Below are positions 41,658-52,605 of a DNA stretch of 64,000 nt, in pieces. The first letter of the stretch is position 1. Every line of letters starts with the position of its first letter. The stretch lies in the NCBI GenBank assembly GCA_019058365.1, contig JAHPZE010000016.1:33670-97669 (forward strand), in the 5' to 3' direction. Origin of the DNA: Promethearchaeota archaeon (GTDB taxonomy: Archaea > Asgardarchaeota > Lokiarchaeia > Sigyniarchaeales > SOKP01). Below the pieces are notes generated by a model. The model worked only from the letters and a program-made list of their open reading frames with translations. It did not search any database and had not been told where the DNA came from. The position numbers were made by a program, and so were the translations under genes.

Positions 41658-42329
41658 TTATTTTTCTTCTAACTTCCAAGCTCCATAGATTAAAATGCTT
41701 AAATCGATTAGCAAAAAAATCCTCATAATTTTTTGTTCTATTACCATAATTGTACGACTAGCAGAAATTCCGATTAACCCTACCAATAAAGCTACAAAGA
41801 ATATAATAAAAAACATAGTAAAAATATATCCAAAATTCTTAGAAAATTTGTCACTTAAGAATAATGTTATCGAATAAAAAAATCCCATTAGAAAGAGAGA
41901 TGGGTATCCAATATATACAAAGATCCAATGAGGAACATTAAGAATATCAGCAGGCGCAAATATAATTCCAATTATAGCTATTGATGATAAAACTCCAAAA
42001 TATGAGCCGATTTTGCTTGTTTTAATCTCTAATGTTCCTACTTCAAATTTATGCATAAACACCAGATAAAATAAAATCATAGTAATCGCATGTATACCAT
42101 AAGCAAATGAAAAGAGTGTCATGGAGATTGGATTAGGATCACCATTCCAAGCTGTTATCCTCCCTAAATCACTAAAAGTATTCCCCCAAAATGAATATCC
42201 AACGATTGAAGTATTATCTCTTATACCACCAGGATAAGTAAACATAGCTATAGCTATAAGTACTATGTATAAAATAATCCCTATAAAGGCGAGAAGATAC
42301 ACTTTTTTATTAGATATTTTTAAATTCAT
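41658..42329 (-). CDS. 6-TM membrane protein (DUF998-like)
   Basis: YPGG...YSFWGNTFSDLG motif with six hydrophobic segments. Confidence 0.65.
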   Translation of the reverse strand: MNLKISNKKVYLLAFIGIILYIVLIAIAMFTYPGGIRDNTSIVGYSFWGNTFSDLGRITAWNGDPNPISMTLFSFAYGIHAITMILFYLVFMHKFEVGTLEIKTSKIGSYFGVLSSIAIIGIIFAPADILNVPHWIFVYIGYPSLFLMGFFYSITLFLSDKFSKNFGYIFTMFFIIFFVALLVGLIGISASRTIMVIEQKIMRIFLLIDLSILIYGAWKLEEK

Positions 42330-42439
42330 ATTTTATACCAATTTCTTTTAATTTTTCATTGTATTTTTATTAATAATATTTGTTCTTTTTTACTATATAA
42401 TTGTTTATTTATTATTAATCTATTAAAAGTGATGTAGAA

Positions 42440-42823
42440 ATGAATAAAGAGGTTAATTACATCAATCAGATAGGTATGGGTGTTGATCAACATGGTCATA
42501 ATGATGATTGTACCAATGCCGCTATAAAAGCTATTAAAAATGCTATATCAAATAATTGTTTAACTGGTTTGAGTGAGATCTATGATCTAAAGAAACCAAA
42601 TGATTTATTAAGAATGAAGGTTCATGTAAAAATTGGACTCCCATATCCAGAAAATATTAATGAGAAGAAAGTTTTGAAAGCAATACCTTTTGGTGAAAAA
42701 TCAATAGAATTTGTCAAAGGAGGTTTAGTAGCACAAGGCATTATGATTAAAGAATTGGGAGATACTTCAGATAAGATTATTGTGTGCAATGCGGCTGTAA
42801 ATGTTTCGATCAAGGAATTATAA
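42440..42823 (+). CDS. Lin0512-family protein
   Basis: IGMGVDQHG...TNAAIKAIKNAI...IPFG...GGL...NAAVNV. Confidence 0.85.
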   Translation: MNKEVNYINQIGMGVDQHGHNDDCTNAAIKAIKNAISNNCLTGLSEIYDLKKPNDLLRMKVHVKIGLPYPENINEKKVLKAIPFGEKSIEFVKGGLVAQGIMIKELGDTSDKIIVCNAAVNVSIKEL

Positions 42824-42835
42824 TCAATAATTTTA

Positions 42836-44140
42836 TTAAAACAATAGATTTTCTAACCCAATTTCCTCTTCAGCATACTTCTTTAAAGCTTTCCAATGGT
42901 CTTCCGAAGTTCCGAAGTATTTAAATACCGCAATTCCTAACCCAAAATCAAAACCTCTCATTTGTTTGAGCATTTCTTCAACATTACATTCTACTGAATT
43001 TGTAATTGTTAGCGCTGGAGCCTTAAACTCCCTAGCTCGTTTTTTCATATTTCTAATAAAATACCAAAAGAAAAAGTTAGCAACTTTTCCCCAATACCAC
43101 CCATCATCTCTTGTACCCATCAAATAAGGATATTCCATGGGTGAAACAATATCCAGAATTGAAGATAATTTAATCCAATCCTGCCCCAATCTTTTTCTTG
43201 AGAATAGTTTTTTAGGTCCTGGGAGACAGAACCATCCAGAAACGCAAGTATTATCTATAGATTTTATAGTATCATGAAGTTTTTGAGCGTAATTTGCTAT
43301 AGTTTCAGCTTTAAAATCATACCATTCAATACTTTTTAATAATTTTGGTTTATTCCCATAACTATTTCTGAATTTTTGTATACAACGGTGGCAAGTACAC
43401 AAATCTGTAAACGCTCCATCATATCTAATATAATCAGCAAAAAATCCCTTAATAGGATACGTTTTTACAACTTCTTTAACAAGCTCTAATAAATAATTTA
43501 CATGCTCACTATTAGGACACATAAAACTTGTTAAAGGAGTATATCCTTTACCTCGTGCATCTCGAGATTTACCAGCTTTCTCATCAATTTGATCGGTTAA
43601 AAATGGAATTTTTTTCTGATAATCTTCAAAAGAAATGCCTTCTGGTATATCTACTCTCATCTCACTTTCAATATGTGTCGAAATTTCACCCTCTTTGTAG
43701 TTAATTCCATGTTTCTTTCCATTTTTACCATGAACACTCACTCTTTCTGGGTGTAACCATCCTTGATAGGCATCATTCATGCTTGTGAACGAAACATTTA
43801 CTTTTACATTACTTTCTTTTCCAGCATCACAAAATTCTCCCAAGATGTCTCGTTCTGTTGGATTCCACCCTACTTTTGTATCCCATGTACAAGCACCATC
43901 CGTGTCTTTAATTACAATTCCAAGAGTATTAAAATGGGCTTCTTCAAGTTTTCTCATGATTTCAATGATATTTAACCGTTTTTCAGCGAATTCATAATCT
44001 AACTTTCTGAAACCTTTTGGTCCTCTTATAGGCATTAATCCCATTGCATAAATTTTTTTAACTCCAAAATGCTTGATAAGAGCATCAACCTTATGCTGAT
44101 CGATTTTAAAATGTTTTGACCAATCTAATTTTTTTACCAT
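42836..44140 (-). CDS. putative glycoside hydrolase TIM-barrel protein (GH29/GHL10-like)
   Basis: KDTDG..WDT, DILGEFCDAG, MCPNS.H.NY, YPIKGFFADYIRY, CTCHRC, GQDW and PMEY. Confidence 0.65.
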   Translation of the reverse strand: MVKKLDWSKHFKIDQHKVDALIKHFGVKKIYAMGLMPIRGPKGFRKLDYEFAEKRLNIIEIMRKLEEAHFNTLGIVIKDTDGACTWDTKVGWNPTERDILGEFCDAGKESNVKVNVSFTSMNDAYQGWLHPERVSVHGKNGKKHGINYKEGEISTHIESEMRVDIPEGISFEDYQKKIPFLTDQIDEKAGKSRDARGKGYTPLTSFMCPNSEHVNYLLELVKEVVKTYPIKGFFADYIRYDGAFTDLCTCHRCIQKFRNSYGNKPKLLKSIEWYDFKAETIANYAQKLHDTIKSIDNTCVSGWFCLPGPKKLFSRKRLGQDWIKLSSILDIVSPMEYPYLMGTRDDGWYWGKVANFFFWYFIRNMKKRAREFKAPALTITNSVECNVEEMLKQMRGFDFGLGIAVFKYFGTSEDHWKALKKYAEEEIGLENLLF

Positions 44141-44446
44141 GATTGTTGTAAATTAATCAAATAAGAATAAAAATATTAAACATGTGTAAATACATTATTT
44201 TAATTGACAAATCTATAAATTATAATGACATAAAATTTTAAACTAATATTATAATCTTTTTAATATATCATTTTAAATTATTTTAAATAATAAAAAAAAG
44301 ATATTTATTATAGAAATCTTAATAGTGATTAAATCAAAAAAACAAGGAATCTGTTTTAGTAAAACAAAAATATAAATATAAGAAAGTTTAATTTTTTAAA
44401 ATTTAGCTTCTTAGCTAAAAGCCTGAATGGATTGAGGAGAATAAAG

Positions 44447-44977
44447 GTGTACGACGCAACATATAAAATTGTGATCTTTGGAGATGCAGGTTGTGGTAAA
44501 ACCACTTTGACTCAAAGATTCTTAACAAATTTGTTTAAATCAGATTCTAAAATGACTATTGGTGTAGATTTTGAAGTCAAAAGCCTAGAGATCAATGGGA
44601 AAAAGATTAAACTCCAAATTTGGGATTTTGGAGGGGAAGAACGATTTCGATTTTTATTACCTACCTATGTAAGAGGAGCTAATGGAGCTTTATTTATGTA
44701 TGATGTTACAAATTATAGTTCATTAGCACATATAGATGATTGGTTGTTGGTAATAAAAAGAGAACTCAGGATTGAAGAACAATTTCCTATAATAGTGGTA
44801 GGTGGAAAAGCAGATCTGATAGAAGATCGCGAAGTTTCTGGAGATGAAGGCATTAATATTGCGAGATCTAGGAGTGTAGATGGGTTTATAGAATGCAGTT
44901 CGAAGACGGGCGAGAATGTAGAAGAGACATTTGAGGCTCTGTCTCGATTAATGATGCAAAACTCTAATTTGCTTTAG
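44447..44977 (+). CDS. Rab-like small GTPase with deviant G3/G4 motifs
   Basis: GDAGCGKTT, TIGVDF, WDFGGEE, GKAD, ECSSK. Start placed at GTG 44447 after a GAGGAG RBS (the ORF track starts at 44432). Confidence 0.9.
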   Translation: MYDATYKIVIFGDAGCGKTTLTQRFLTNLFKSDSKMTIGVDFEVKSLEINGKKIKLQIWDFGGEERFRFLLPTYVRGANGALFMYDVTNYSSLAHIDDWLLVIKRELRIEEQFPIIVVGGKADLIEDREVSGDEGINIARSRSVDGFIECSSKTGENVEETFEALSRLMMQNSNLL

Positions 44978-45062
44978 GAGAAAATCTGAGATCTTCCCTT
45001 AAATAAAACTTTTTACTCCTTTTAAATAAAAATAAAGTATTTGAAAACCTAATTTCCTAGTT

Positions 45063-45998
45063 TCAATCTTTAGTTTGTTCTTCTAATGTCAATTTTTGCT
45101 TTAATCTTAAATCCTTTCTTCTAAGCGATACCATAATTTGAAAGTCAAGGTCTTTTTTGTAAGCATCAGCGCACTTTACTATTTCCCCAGCGATATTCTT
45201 CTCAAATTCATCATATTTAATATTGATTCCGTTAAACATTGGTATTTCTGCGAAATTTTCAATCAAATTTTCCACTAACTCTTCTGGTAATACGTCTGAT
45301 CTGTCTTTAACTGCTACACCTATTATTTCTTCTAATTTATTATAAATTTCTCTCTTACTAAATTGACAAAGTACGCATTTTGAGCTTCGATATTGAAAAA
45401 TTTTTAATATAATTAACCCTGTAAGGAATTTAGAATTTCGAATTAAAATCTCTTTATCTACACTACCATATTCGCTTATGTATTGGTGTACATACTTTTC
45501 AGTATTAATATATAACTTAGAAAAGACTATCGCTCTATCAAAATACGCTGGAACTATACAAAAAATTCGGGTAAACCAAAATGGTTTGATCCCTACTGGT
45601 GGATCTTCATAGAAAATATAATATACAATTCTCCCATCTCTTTTTTTATATAGAGTAAACTCCTTTTTTAGCATATTTAAATAAGTAGAGATTGTAGAAC
45701 GAGCAATCTCTTTAAAATATCGTTTGTACTCTTCCTCGACTTCCCCAGTCGTAATCTTTTTCTTTCCTGCTAAATAAAATTTTAATAGAATCCCTAAGAT
45801 CCGATTTTCATGAAGACGCCCTGTTTTTATCTGTTGTTCTTCTGATTCATCTTCTCTAATTTGGTACAAAAATGAAATTTCTGGCGCGAAATCTTGAATA
45901 ACCTTATCTAAAACTTTAAGTTTAGAATCTGTAATTTGCGTTGCTTCTAATTTCGCGCTTTCAATTAATAACTTTTCTATTTCTGATTTTTCAGACAA
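45063..45998 (-). CDS. winged-helix protein, putative transcription regulator
   Basis: ITTGEVEEEY.....IARSTISTYLNMLKKE..LY...DGRIVYY is a wHTH motif. CVLC occurs in the C-terminal half. Confidence 0.65.
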   Translation of the reverse strand: MSEKSEIEKLLIESAKLEATQITDSKLKVLDKVIQDFAPEISFLYQIREDESEEQQIKTGRLHENRILGILLKFYLAGKKKITTGEVEEEYKRYFKEIARSTISTYLNMLKKEFTLYKKRDGRIVYYIFYEDPPVGIKPFWFTRIFCIVPAYFDRAIVFSKLYINTEKYVHQYISEYGSVDKEILIRNSKFLTGLIILKIFQYRSSKCVLCQFSKREIYNKLEEIIGVAVKDRSDVLPEELVENLIENFAEIPMFNGINIKYDEFEKNIAGEIVKCADAYKKDLDFQIMVSLRRKDLRLKQKLTLEEQTKD

Positions 45999-46278
45999 TA
46001 TTAAAATACTCTTTGAATTGTATTAATTATTATCTAGTATTATTATTAAAAAATCTTTAATATCTTAATAAAAATTTGTATCCTAATATCCTAGAATATC
46101 TAGCTTTATTTAACTTTCTATCTAATATCATAATATTTTGACATATATTGATACATTATCTTTTTTACTTTTTAATATAATTTCTTACTTCATTAATTAG
46201 TTAAATTTAAGTATTTAAAAATTAAGAATAATTGACTTAAGAATTGGATAAATCTTTTAACAACTATATTTAAAAATT

Positions 46279-48066
46279 TTAATTTTTTCCATATTTCTCT
46301 TTCCATACAGGATCAGCTTCTTGTAATGCCCTTCTTTGGACTTTTCCAATTAAATTTTTCGGCAATTCACCAATAATTGCTATACTGTGGGGTACTTTAT
46401 AATGTGCCATGTTCTTTTTCGCCCATTCCTTTATTTTCTGAGGTGAACAATCACAATCCTCTTTGATTGCAACCCAGGCTTTTATTATTTCTCCATATTC
46501 CTCATCAGGAAGACCTGCAACAGCTACTTCTGTAATATCTGGGTGTTTCATCAATAATTCTTCCACCTCTTTAGGGAAAACGGAATATCCTTTGAATTTG
46601 ATAAGCTGTTTTTTTCTATCTCTAATTTCTATTGTTCCATCTTCATTCATAAACCCAATATCTCCAGTTAAAAGCCATAATTTTCCCTTATATTCATATA
46701 TTGTTTCTTTTGTTTCTTCAGGTTGATCAAGGTATTTTAACATTATTTGAGGTCCAGATATACAAATTTCACCTGTATGCTCAACACCAAAATTTGTATC
46801 TTCAGGATTTCCTATACATAGTGGACCCTTTTCAAAATCATCTATCGGCCAAATCCCCCATTCTGTTCCTGTAAATGGCATTCCAATACTTCCAATGGGG
46901 CTTTCTCCGAATAAATTTCCTGCACTTACGGCAGGACCTGCTTCTGATAGACCATATCCTTCCACAATTCGCCCTCCTGTATTCTCAATAAAAGCATCTC
47001 GAACTGGTGCATGTAATGGACCTGCACTTGATATACACAAAGTCAACTTTCCCATTACTCTAGGAAATCTTCTTTTAAGATTTTTAAGTTCTGCGAGTTT
47101 TTTAAATAATAGTTCTGTACCAGTATAGATTAATCCTTCTTTACAAGGTAATCGCTCAATTTGTTCACATAGTTCCGCTTGAGAAGGAGGTGTTGGAAAA
47201 AGCATTATCCAACCTCCTATTGCTAAAGTTGTATTCATAACAATAGTATGAGCAAAACTGTGGAATAATGGAAGTATTCCGATGTTTCCAATTCCTGGTT
47301 TTTCGCCCCCTAACCATAATTTGCATTGCTTAGTATTTGAGACTATATTAAAATGAGTTAATACTGCTGCTTTTGGTAAACCTGTCATTCCACCAGTCAT
47401 AATATATGTAGCAGGATGTTTTTTTGCATCAATATTCATTTTTGGAACATCTGGCTTCGTTTTTAAAAGTTCAGTATATTTGAGTGCATTTGGAAAATCA
47501 ACCTTACCTGTTGGTATTTTTTTTACAAATACACCTATGGCTTTTTTTATTCCTTTAATTTCTGCTAAATCTGCAAGATTAGTATAAACAACAAATTCTA
47601 TTGTTGAATCTTGTATTATTGGTTTTATTGATGATTCATATGAAGCATCTAATACAATAAGCATTTTAGGCTTAATTATATCAAATTGGTGGAGAACTTC
47701 CACTGGTTGATAAGTAGGATTAATTCCGCTAGCAATTGCACCAATTCTTGTAATAGCAAAATACGCAACGATATATTGGGGGCAATTAGGCATAAATAAT
47801 GCTATAACATCACCTTTTTTAATTCCTAAATTAACCAAAGCAGTAGCAAAAGACTTTACATACTTTTGAAATTGCTTATAGGTAATCCAAGCATCTAAAA
47901 ACCATATGAAGTTTTCTTTTGAATATTTATCAACCTGTTCGTCTAATAAATCGTTTATTGTTTTTTCTTCAAAACTAGTATTGAATGGAACGCCTACTGG
48001 CCACCACTTCTTAAACCATCGCTTATTTTCATTTACAAAAAAAGGTTCTTGCATTTGTGCTTCCAT
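46279..48066 (-). CDS. long-chain acyl-CoA synthetase (AMP-forming)
   Basis: MTGGMTGLPK P-loop, LPLFH, EGYGLSE, TGDIG, DRKK and IGKVQRR. Confidence 0.93.
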   Translation of the reverse strand: MEAQMQEPFFVNENKRWFKKWWPVGVPFNTSFEEKTINDLLDEQVDKYSKENFIWFLDAWITYKQFQKYVKSFATALVNLGIKKGDVIALFMPNCPQYIVAYFAITRIGAIASGINPTYQPVEVLHQFDIIKPKMLIVLDASYESSIKPIIQDSTIEFVVYTNLADLAEIKGIKKAIGVFVKKIPTGKVDFPNALKYTELLKTKPDVPKMNIDAKKHPATYIMTGGMTGLPKAAVLTHFNIVSNTKQCKLWLGGEKPGIGNIGILPLFHSFAHTIVMNTTLAIGGWIMLFPTPPSQAELCEQIERLPCKEGLIYTGTELLFKKLAELKNLKRRFPRVMGKLTLCISSAGPLHAPVRDAFIENTGGRIVEGYGLSEAGPAVSAGNLFGESPIGSIGMPFTGTEWGIWPIDDFEKGPLCIGNPEDTNFGVEHTGEICISGPQIMLKYLDQPEETKETIYEYKGKLWLLTGDIGFMNEDGTIEIRDRKKQLIKFKGYSVFPKEVEELLMKHPDITEVAVAGLPDEEYGEIIKAWVAIKEDCDCSPQKIKEWAKKNMAHYKVPHSIAIIGELPKNLIGKVQRRALQEADPVWKEKYGKN

Positions 48067-48256
48067 TTTTTACTCACAGTATTTAAAATAAATAATCTAT
48101 CTTTATATTTTTTACATTTATCAAAATTTAAAACTTTGTAAAAATTGATAAATTGATAAAAAATATTCTCTAATTCAAAATTCAATGCAATAGGTTAATA
48201 TTCCATATTACTGGAAAAAAAAGTTAATAAAATAAAAGAATTAGAAAATAAATAAT

Positions 48257-50383
48257 TTAAAATCTCTGATCCTTTCTTCTCTTGATTAGTATAGTTGCAA
48301 CACCAACTAATCCAACTCCAGCAATCAACACTATTAATGCCCAGAATTCTTCTCCTTCGAAAACCATGTAAACAGTGAAAGTCGGGTCATGCCAGATACC
48401 ACATCCATCCTCAAATTGAGGATAACATACAGCATAAACCATAACACTTAAATCAGTTCGAATTCTGATACTTGAGGCAAAATTAATTAGTTCTTCCCCA
48501 TTCGCAATAGTAAATGAGTCATGCCTTTCATGTTCCATTAACCAAACTTCAATTGGAATAATACTAGTACTAGCAGGAGCAGTTAATCGACTTGATTCAT
48601 TACCATATTCATAATCTGGACCAGCAATATCGACAAATTCTAATTCATCCGAAGCAGCAGCACCAATATAATCTCCAATCATTAATCTATGCTGTGTGCC
48701 TCTATAGTGCCCTTCTTGTAAAAGTTCTGGAGGTACTTGTGGAGGATTGTCTAATGCTTGTTGTTGTGTTTTAATATCAAGTTCAAAATGCAGGACTGCG
48801 GAAACATATATAATTGCTAGGTCTAAATTAAGAATCTCTGCATTTGCATAGCTATTATCTGGATCATTCCAAGGACTAAAGAATTGATTTAATTTAACTA
48901 ATCCTTCTGAAGCACCTAAGGTTGAATTAATCTTTGGTTCAAATGTAAAGCCAAAGTGAATATAATCCAGATTTTCTTTTGGAGTATCTAAGTAAGAATT
49001 CAAATCAACTCCAATTGGAACAGCTGAGACCTCAGAATTAAAGATGTTAATTCCCCATGAGATGCTTTTGGTACTTGGATCGATTTCTGGCTCATCAAAC
49101 CTAAATCCTCCATAAATCTGACCTAATACTAATCGGTGTGTGAGTTCAGTACTAAAAGGCACCTGTGCAGTATATGTTGGAGTGTAAAAGACAGAAATAT
49201 CTTGACTTAAATCAGTATCATTATATAAAAAAGCTCCCGCTAAATGATGCGTAAACAGGTAAAAGTCAATATTACATCCTTCAAACGCTCTAGCAATAAT
49301 AGATTCTGGACTTCCTTCACCTCCACCTGAAACAACATTAAGTATTGCTGCAACATCAACATGTATTTCAAAATTTTTGATCCATAATTGAATTAGATCG
49401 AATGAGAATTGAGTCCATATTGCTTCCGCAACCTGCCCTTGAGTTGGTGTTAAAAACCATTCCATATAACTATCCTTTCTATTTTGAGCTGTGATATTCC
49501 ATAAGTCTAATAACAAACTTCCATTTGTGACCCCCGTCTCAATCAGTTCATCGTTAAGAGGGCTTAAATCATTACCTGTTATGTACCAATTCTTTGTAAT
49601 ATTGAATTCTTTACCCGGTTCAGTATTCGGCATAATATCAAGTTTTTGCCATGTAATAGGATTCAAAATAAATAATTCATCTCCAGTAAAGATATCGTTA
49701 ATATGAATTAAAAACCAAGTAATCAAGGAAATACCTTCTCGAATAATTTCTTTATTCAATTCTCTACCCTCAAGTTGGTAGAATAGTGTTCGATTGAAAA
49801 AGTTGAGTAATTTATTTGCAGCTGTGATGAATGAACGATCATAATCCCAAATTATTAATGTAACGGCAGCACCTACCTCAACTGTATAGTCAAATTCACC
49901 ATGTTTTTCTACTACACAATATGCAGTTCCCATTTCCTCTGATGTCATATTAGTAAGTATACCTACCTCATCCATATTTACATAATCTGGATTGGCAATG
50001 TATACATCTCTTGTATCTGATTCATCATCAAAATTGTATGTGCCTCGCTCATAATGAGTTCGATTAGCACTTAAAACAAATACACTACCTAACATCTCAT
50101 ATTTAGTAAGATTCAAACCTTGAAGAAATAAGATTTCAAATATTGAACCTAAAAGACTACCTCCGTATCCTAAATAATCACTAAATATTGCACCAAAACC
50201 CCCCTTAAATCGTTCAAAAATACCTATATCAACTTGATCAATATTGAAAATATCTCCGTTGTCATTTACTTGTCCCATTGCCACCATAGGCATTGTGGAA
50301 CTTGAAGCAAGAAAAATAATAATGATCATTATCGATTTTGTGTTTAAATTTTTCATATTTCTCACATACTTTTTTAAATACAA
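48257..50383 (-). CDS. large secreted, C-terminally anchored cell-surface protein
   Basis: N-terminal signal peptide, many N-x-S/T sequons, YPQF...IWHDPTF before a C-terminal TM helix and a KRRK tail. The start is probably an internal ATG (MKNLN). Confidence 0.75.
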   Translation of the reverse strand: MYLKKYVRNMKNLNTKSIMIIIIFLASSSTMPMVAMGQVNDNGDIFNIDQVDIGIFERFKGGFGAIFSDYLGYGGSLLGSIFEILFLQGLNLTKYEMLGSVFVLSANRTHYERGTYNFDDESDTRDVYIANPDYVNMDEVGILTNMTSEEMGTAYCVVEKHGEFDYTVEVGAAVTLIIWDYDRSFITAANKLLNFFNRTLFYQLEGRELNKEIIREGISLITWFLIHINDIFTGDELFILNPITWQKLDIMPNTEPGKEFNITKNWYITGNDLSPLNDELIETGVTNGSLLLDLWNITAQNRKDSYMEWFLTPTQGQVAEAIWTQFSFDLIQLWIKNFEIHVDVAAILNVVSGGGEGSPESIIARAFEGCNIDFYLFTHHLAGAFLYNDTDLSQDISVFYTPTYTAQVPFSTELTHRLVLGQIYGGFRFDEPEIDPSTKSISWGINIFNSEVSAVPIGVDLNSYLDTPKENLDYIHFGFTFEPKINSTLGASEGLVKLNQFFSPWNDPDNSYANAEILNLDLAIIYVSAVLHFELDIKTQQQALDNPPQVPPELLQEGHYRGTQHRLMIGDYIGAAASDELEFVDIAGPDYEYGNESSRLTAPASTSIIPIEVWLMEHERHDSFTIANGEELINFASSIRIRTDLSVMVYAVCYPQFEDGCGIWHDPTFTVYMVFEGEEFWALIVLIAGVGLVGVATILIKRRKDQRF

Positions 50384-50665
50384 AATTATGATTTGTGTTA
50401 AGGATATAATTAAAATCTGACTTTTTAATAATTTTTGTTCTAATATAATAGAATCTTTAAAAAATCCAACATTTAGTGAAACTAAGCACCATAATTGAGT
50501 TAAAATCGATTGAGGATTAATTTCCTCATATCTATTATAATTAATTTATCATAGGAGGACTCTTCATAAAAAAAGTGTTAGATTTTATTTTAGTTTTTTA
50601 ATAAAGTTATAATTTTCTCTTAAAATGGCAATTTCTCATCTAGATTGAGAATTAAAATTAAAAAT

Positions 50666-51670
50666 TCATTCTGCTTGGAGAAAAGTATAAAAAAACACAA
50701 TAATATATAATACTGCTGAGATAATCAAACTCCACACTCTAAGGAATCCAGATATTTCTGTTGTTGAGAAAATAACATTTGAGCCAATAAATATTGCTGC
50801 TATTATATACCCGAATAAATGACTTTTAAAGCTTCCTATTTTCATCTTTCCTTGAAAAAAGTTAATAATTGATGTGAGAATTATAAATACGAATCCCGCT
50901 ATGTAAAACAAATCAATTACTCCATATTCACCGAAATCTAAAAACAAAAAAAACCCAAATAATCCAATTTCAAGAATTTTAACATTCCAGAATCTCTGCT
51001 TTTTTGAAGACTCTTCAAACAATTGTTCATATTCACTTATCCCAGAATTTAAAAATAATAAAATAAAAGAGCCGATAGCTAATGCTGTAAACAATGAATA
51101 AGAAATTGTAAAAAGTATATCAAGATTGGGTACCCAAATTACTCTCCATAAGAATAATGCTAGCGTTAAAAATTCGGGTAAAACTATTATTCCACAGAAA
51201 ATCGGAAGAATTGCAAAAACACCTATCATAATCCATGTTATTAAAGAAACTTTGGTATCCTCTTCCCATCTTTTTTTTCTGAAAGTTGTCAATCTCCAAG
51301 CAAATGAAGCAAAGCTTAATACAGCTATTATAGGTGTAATTATTGGAAAAATAAAAATAAAAAGAATATATACAGCATTGATTCCATAAAAAAATTTTAA
51401 TCTTGATGGGACAACACTAATTGTTTTATCAAAATCATCAAGAGTATTAGCAAGACGATTAACAAAAAGAATTAAAAAGAACAACCAAGAAACACTAAAC
51501 ACTATTGGGCATAAAATTTTTATTAATATTGTTTTGAGTGTTTGATCATTTGAAAACCATAAATTGAAATCAACTAAGTTATATATTAAAAAAATTACGA
51601 TTGGGACGAAAATTATTACGACTAAAACAATTAAACGACTTAGTATAATTCCTTTTATTTCTCTTGACAT
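50666..51670 (-). CDS. polytopic membrane protein (~9-10 TM)
   Basis: Repeated hydrophobic segments throughout. Confidence 0.75.
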   Translation of the reverse strand: MSREIKGIILSRLIVLVVIIFVPIVIFLIYNLVDFNLWFSNDQTLKTILIKILCPIVFSVSWLFFLILFVNRLANTLDDFDKTISVVPSRLKFFYGINAVYILFIFIFPIITPIIAVLSFASFAWRLTTFRKKRWEEDTKVSLITWIMIGVFAILPIFCGIIVLPEFLTLALFLWRVIWVPNLDILFTISYSLFTALAIGSFILLFLNSGISEYEQLFEESSKKQRFWNVKILEIGLFGFFLFLDFGEYGVIDLFYIAGFVFIILTSIINFFQGKMKIGSFKSHLFGYIIAAIFIGSNVIFSTTEISGFLRVWSLIISAVLYIIVFFYTFLQAE

Positions 51671-51813
51671 AATCTGTATTAATACAGTGAATTTTTAATA
51701 TTAATATAAAATACTATAATTTAATAATTAATATATTTTGTATTGAAATTATTAGGAGTTCCAAAAAAAGATTAAGGGCAATTCGATTTATTAACTCAAA
51801 TTATAATTAATCT

Positions 51814-52605
51814 CTATTTTTTTGCACCACAATTAGTACAAAATAAGTCCTCTGTAACAAAATTAGCTCCGCAATTGCTGCAGGTATTAGATGCGGGAGT
51901 TACTATAGTTTTATCTTCGTCAGTTTCTCTTGAGATCAATTCAGAAGTTTCTGTAGTTTCCTCTTTAACTTTTACTTTAATGGTTTTTTTCTTTTTTGCA
52001 TCCTCCATACCCTTATATCTCAAACTTCCTACGAAGGCTCCAAACACAGCTCCAACTAAACAAGCCTCTAATATCGCTGTAATAACTGCTAATAGGTAAG
52101 GAAGATCAGTCAAACCAATAGATAATCCGTTTAAAATTATAAAAGTTGCTGAGCCGTATCCGGGTTTTAGAGCATTTACAATAAGTGGCATAATGAAATA
52201 TATAATTATGTTAAGAATTATACACCCGATGCAAATAGCAAAACTTGTATATATACCTTCTCGAGGTGAGCGAGCGCGAAGAGCACTTGTTATTGCTAAA
52301 CATAAAATCCATGGAAGAGTCACCGCAAGGATTAATCCAATATCATCGGGGCGATAAAGGATACACCAATGAATAGGAAAGAGAAATACAAGAGCAAGTC
52401 CAATAAGTATACTCGCTATTATATTTATAATGGGGCCCTCTAAACCTAGAAGTCCTAATATGGCTGTTACGGCTGCTGGAAAATCTGAAATCACCCCACC
52501 AGTAATACTTTCACCTAAATTTAAGAACCTAAAAAAGATATATGAAATTGGAACGAGAAGTAATATTCCTATTAATCCTGAAAATATATATCGACGTAAT
52601 TCTAT
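51814..52605 (-). CDS. membrane protein with C-terminal zinc ribbon, probable non-canonical (ATA) start
   Basis: Frame stays open 48 codons above the track's GTG 52494 and encodes another TM helix. ATA at 52605 follows AAGGGGATAAAT. C-terminal CSNC...CTNC. Confidence 0.65.
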   Translation of the reverse strand: MELRRYIFSGLIGILLLVPISYIFFRFLNLGESITGGVISDFPAAVTAILGLLGLEGPIINIIASILIGLALVFLFPIHWCILYRPDDIGLILAVTLPWILCLAITSALRARSPREGIYTSFAICIGCIILNIIIYFIMPLIVNALKPGYGSATFIILNGLSIGLTDLPYLLAVITAILEACLVGAVFGAFVGSLRYKGMEDAKKKKTIKVKVKEETTETSELISRETDEDKTIVTPASNTCSNCGANFVTEDLFCTNCGAKK

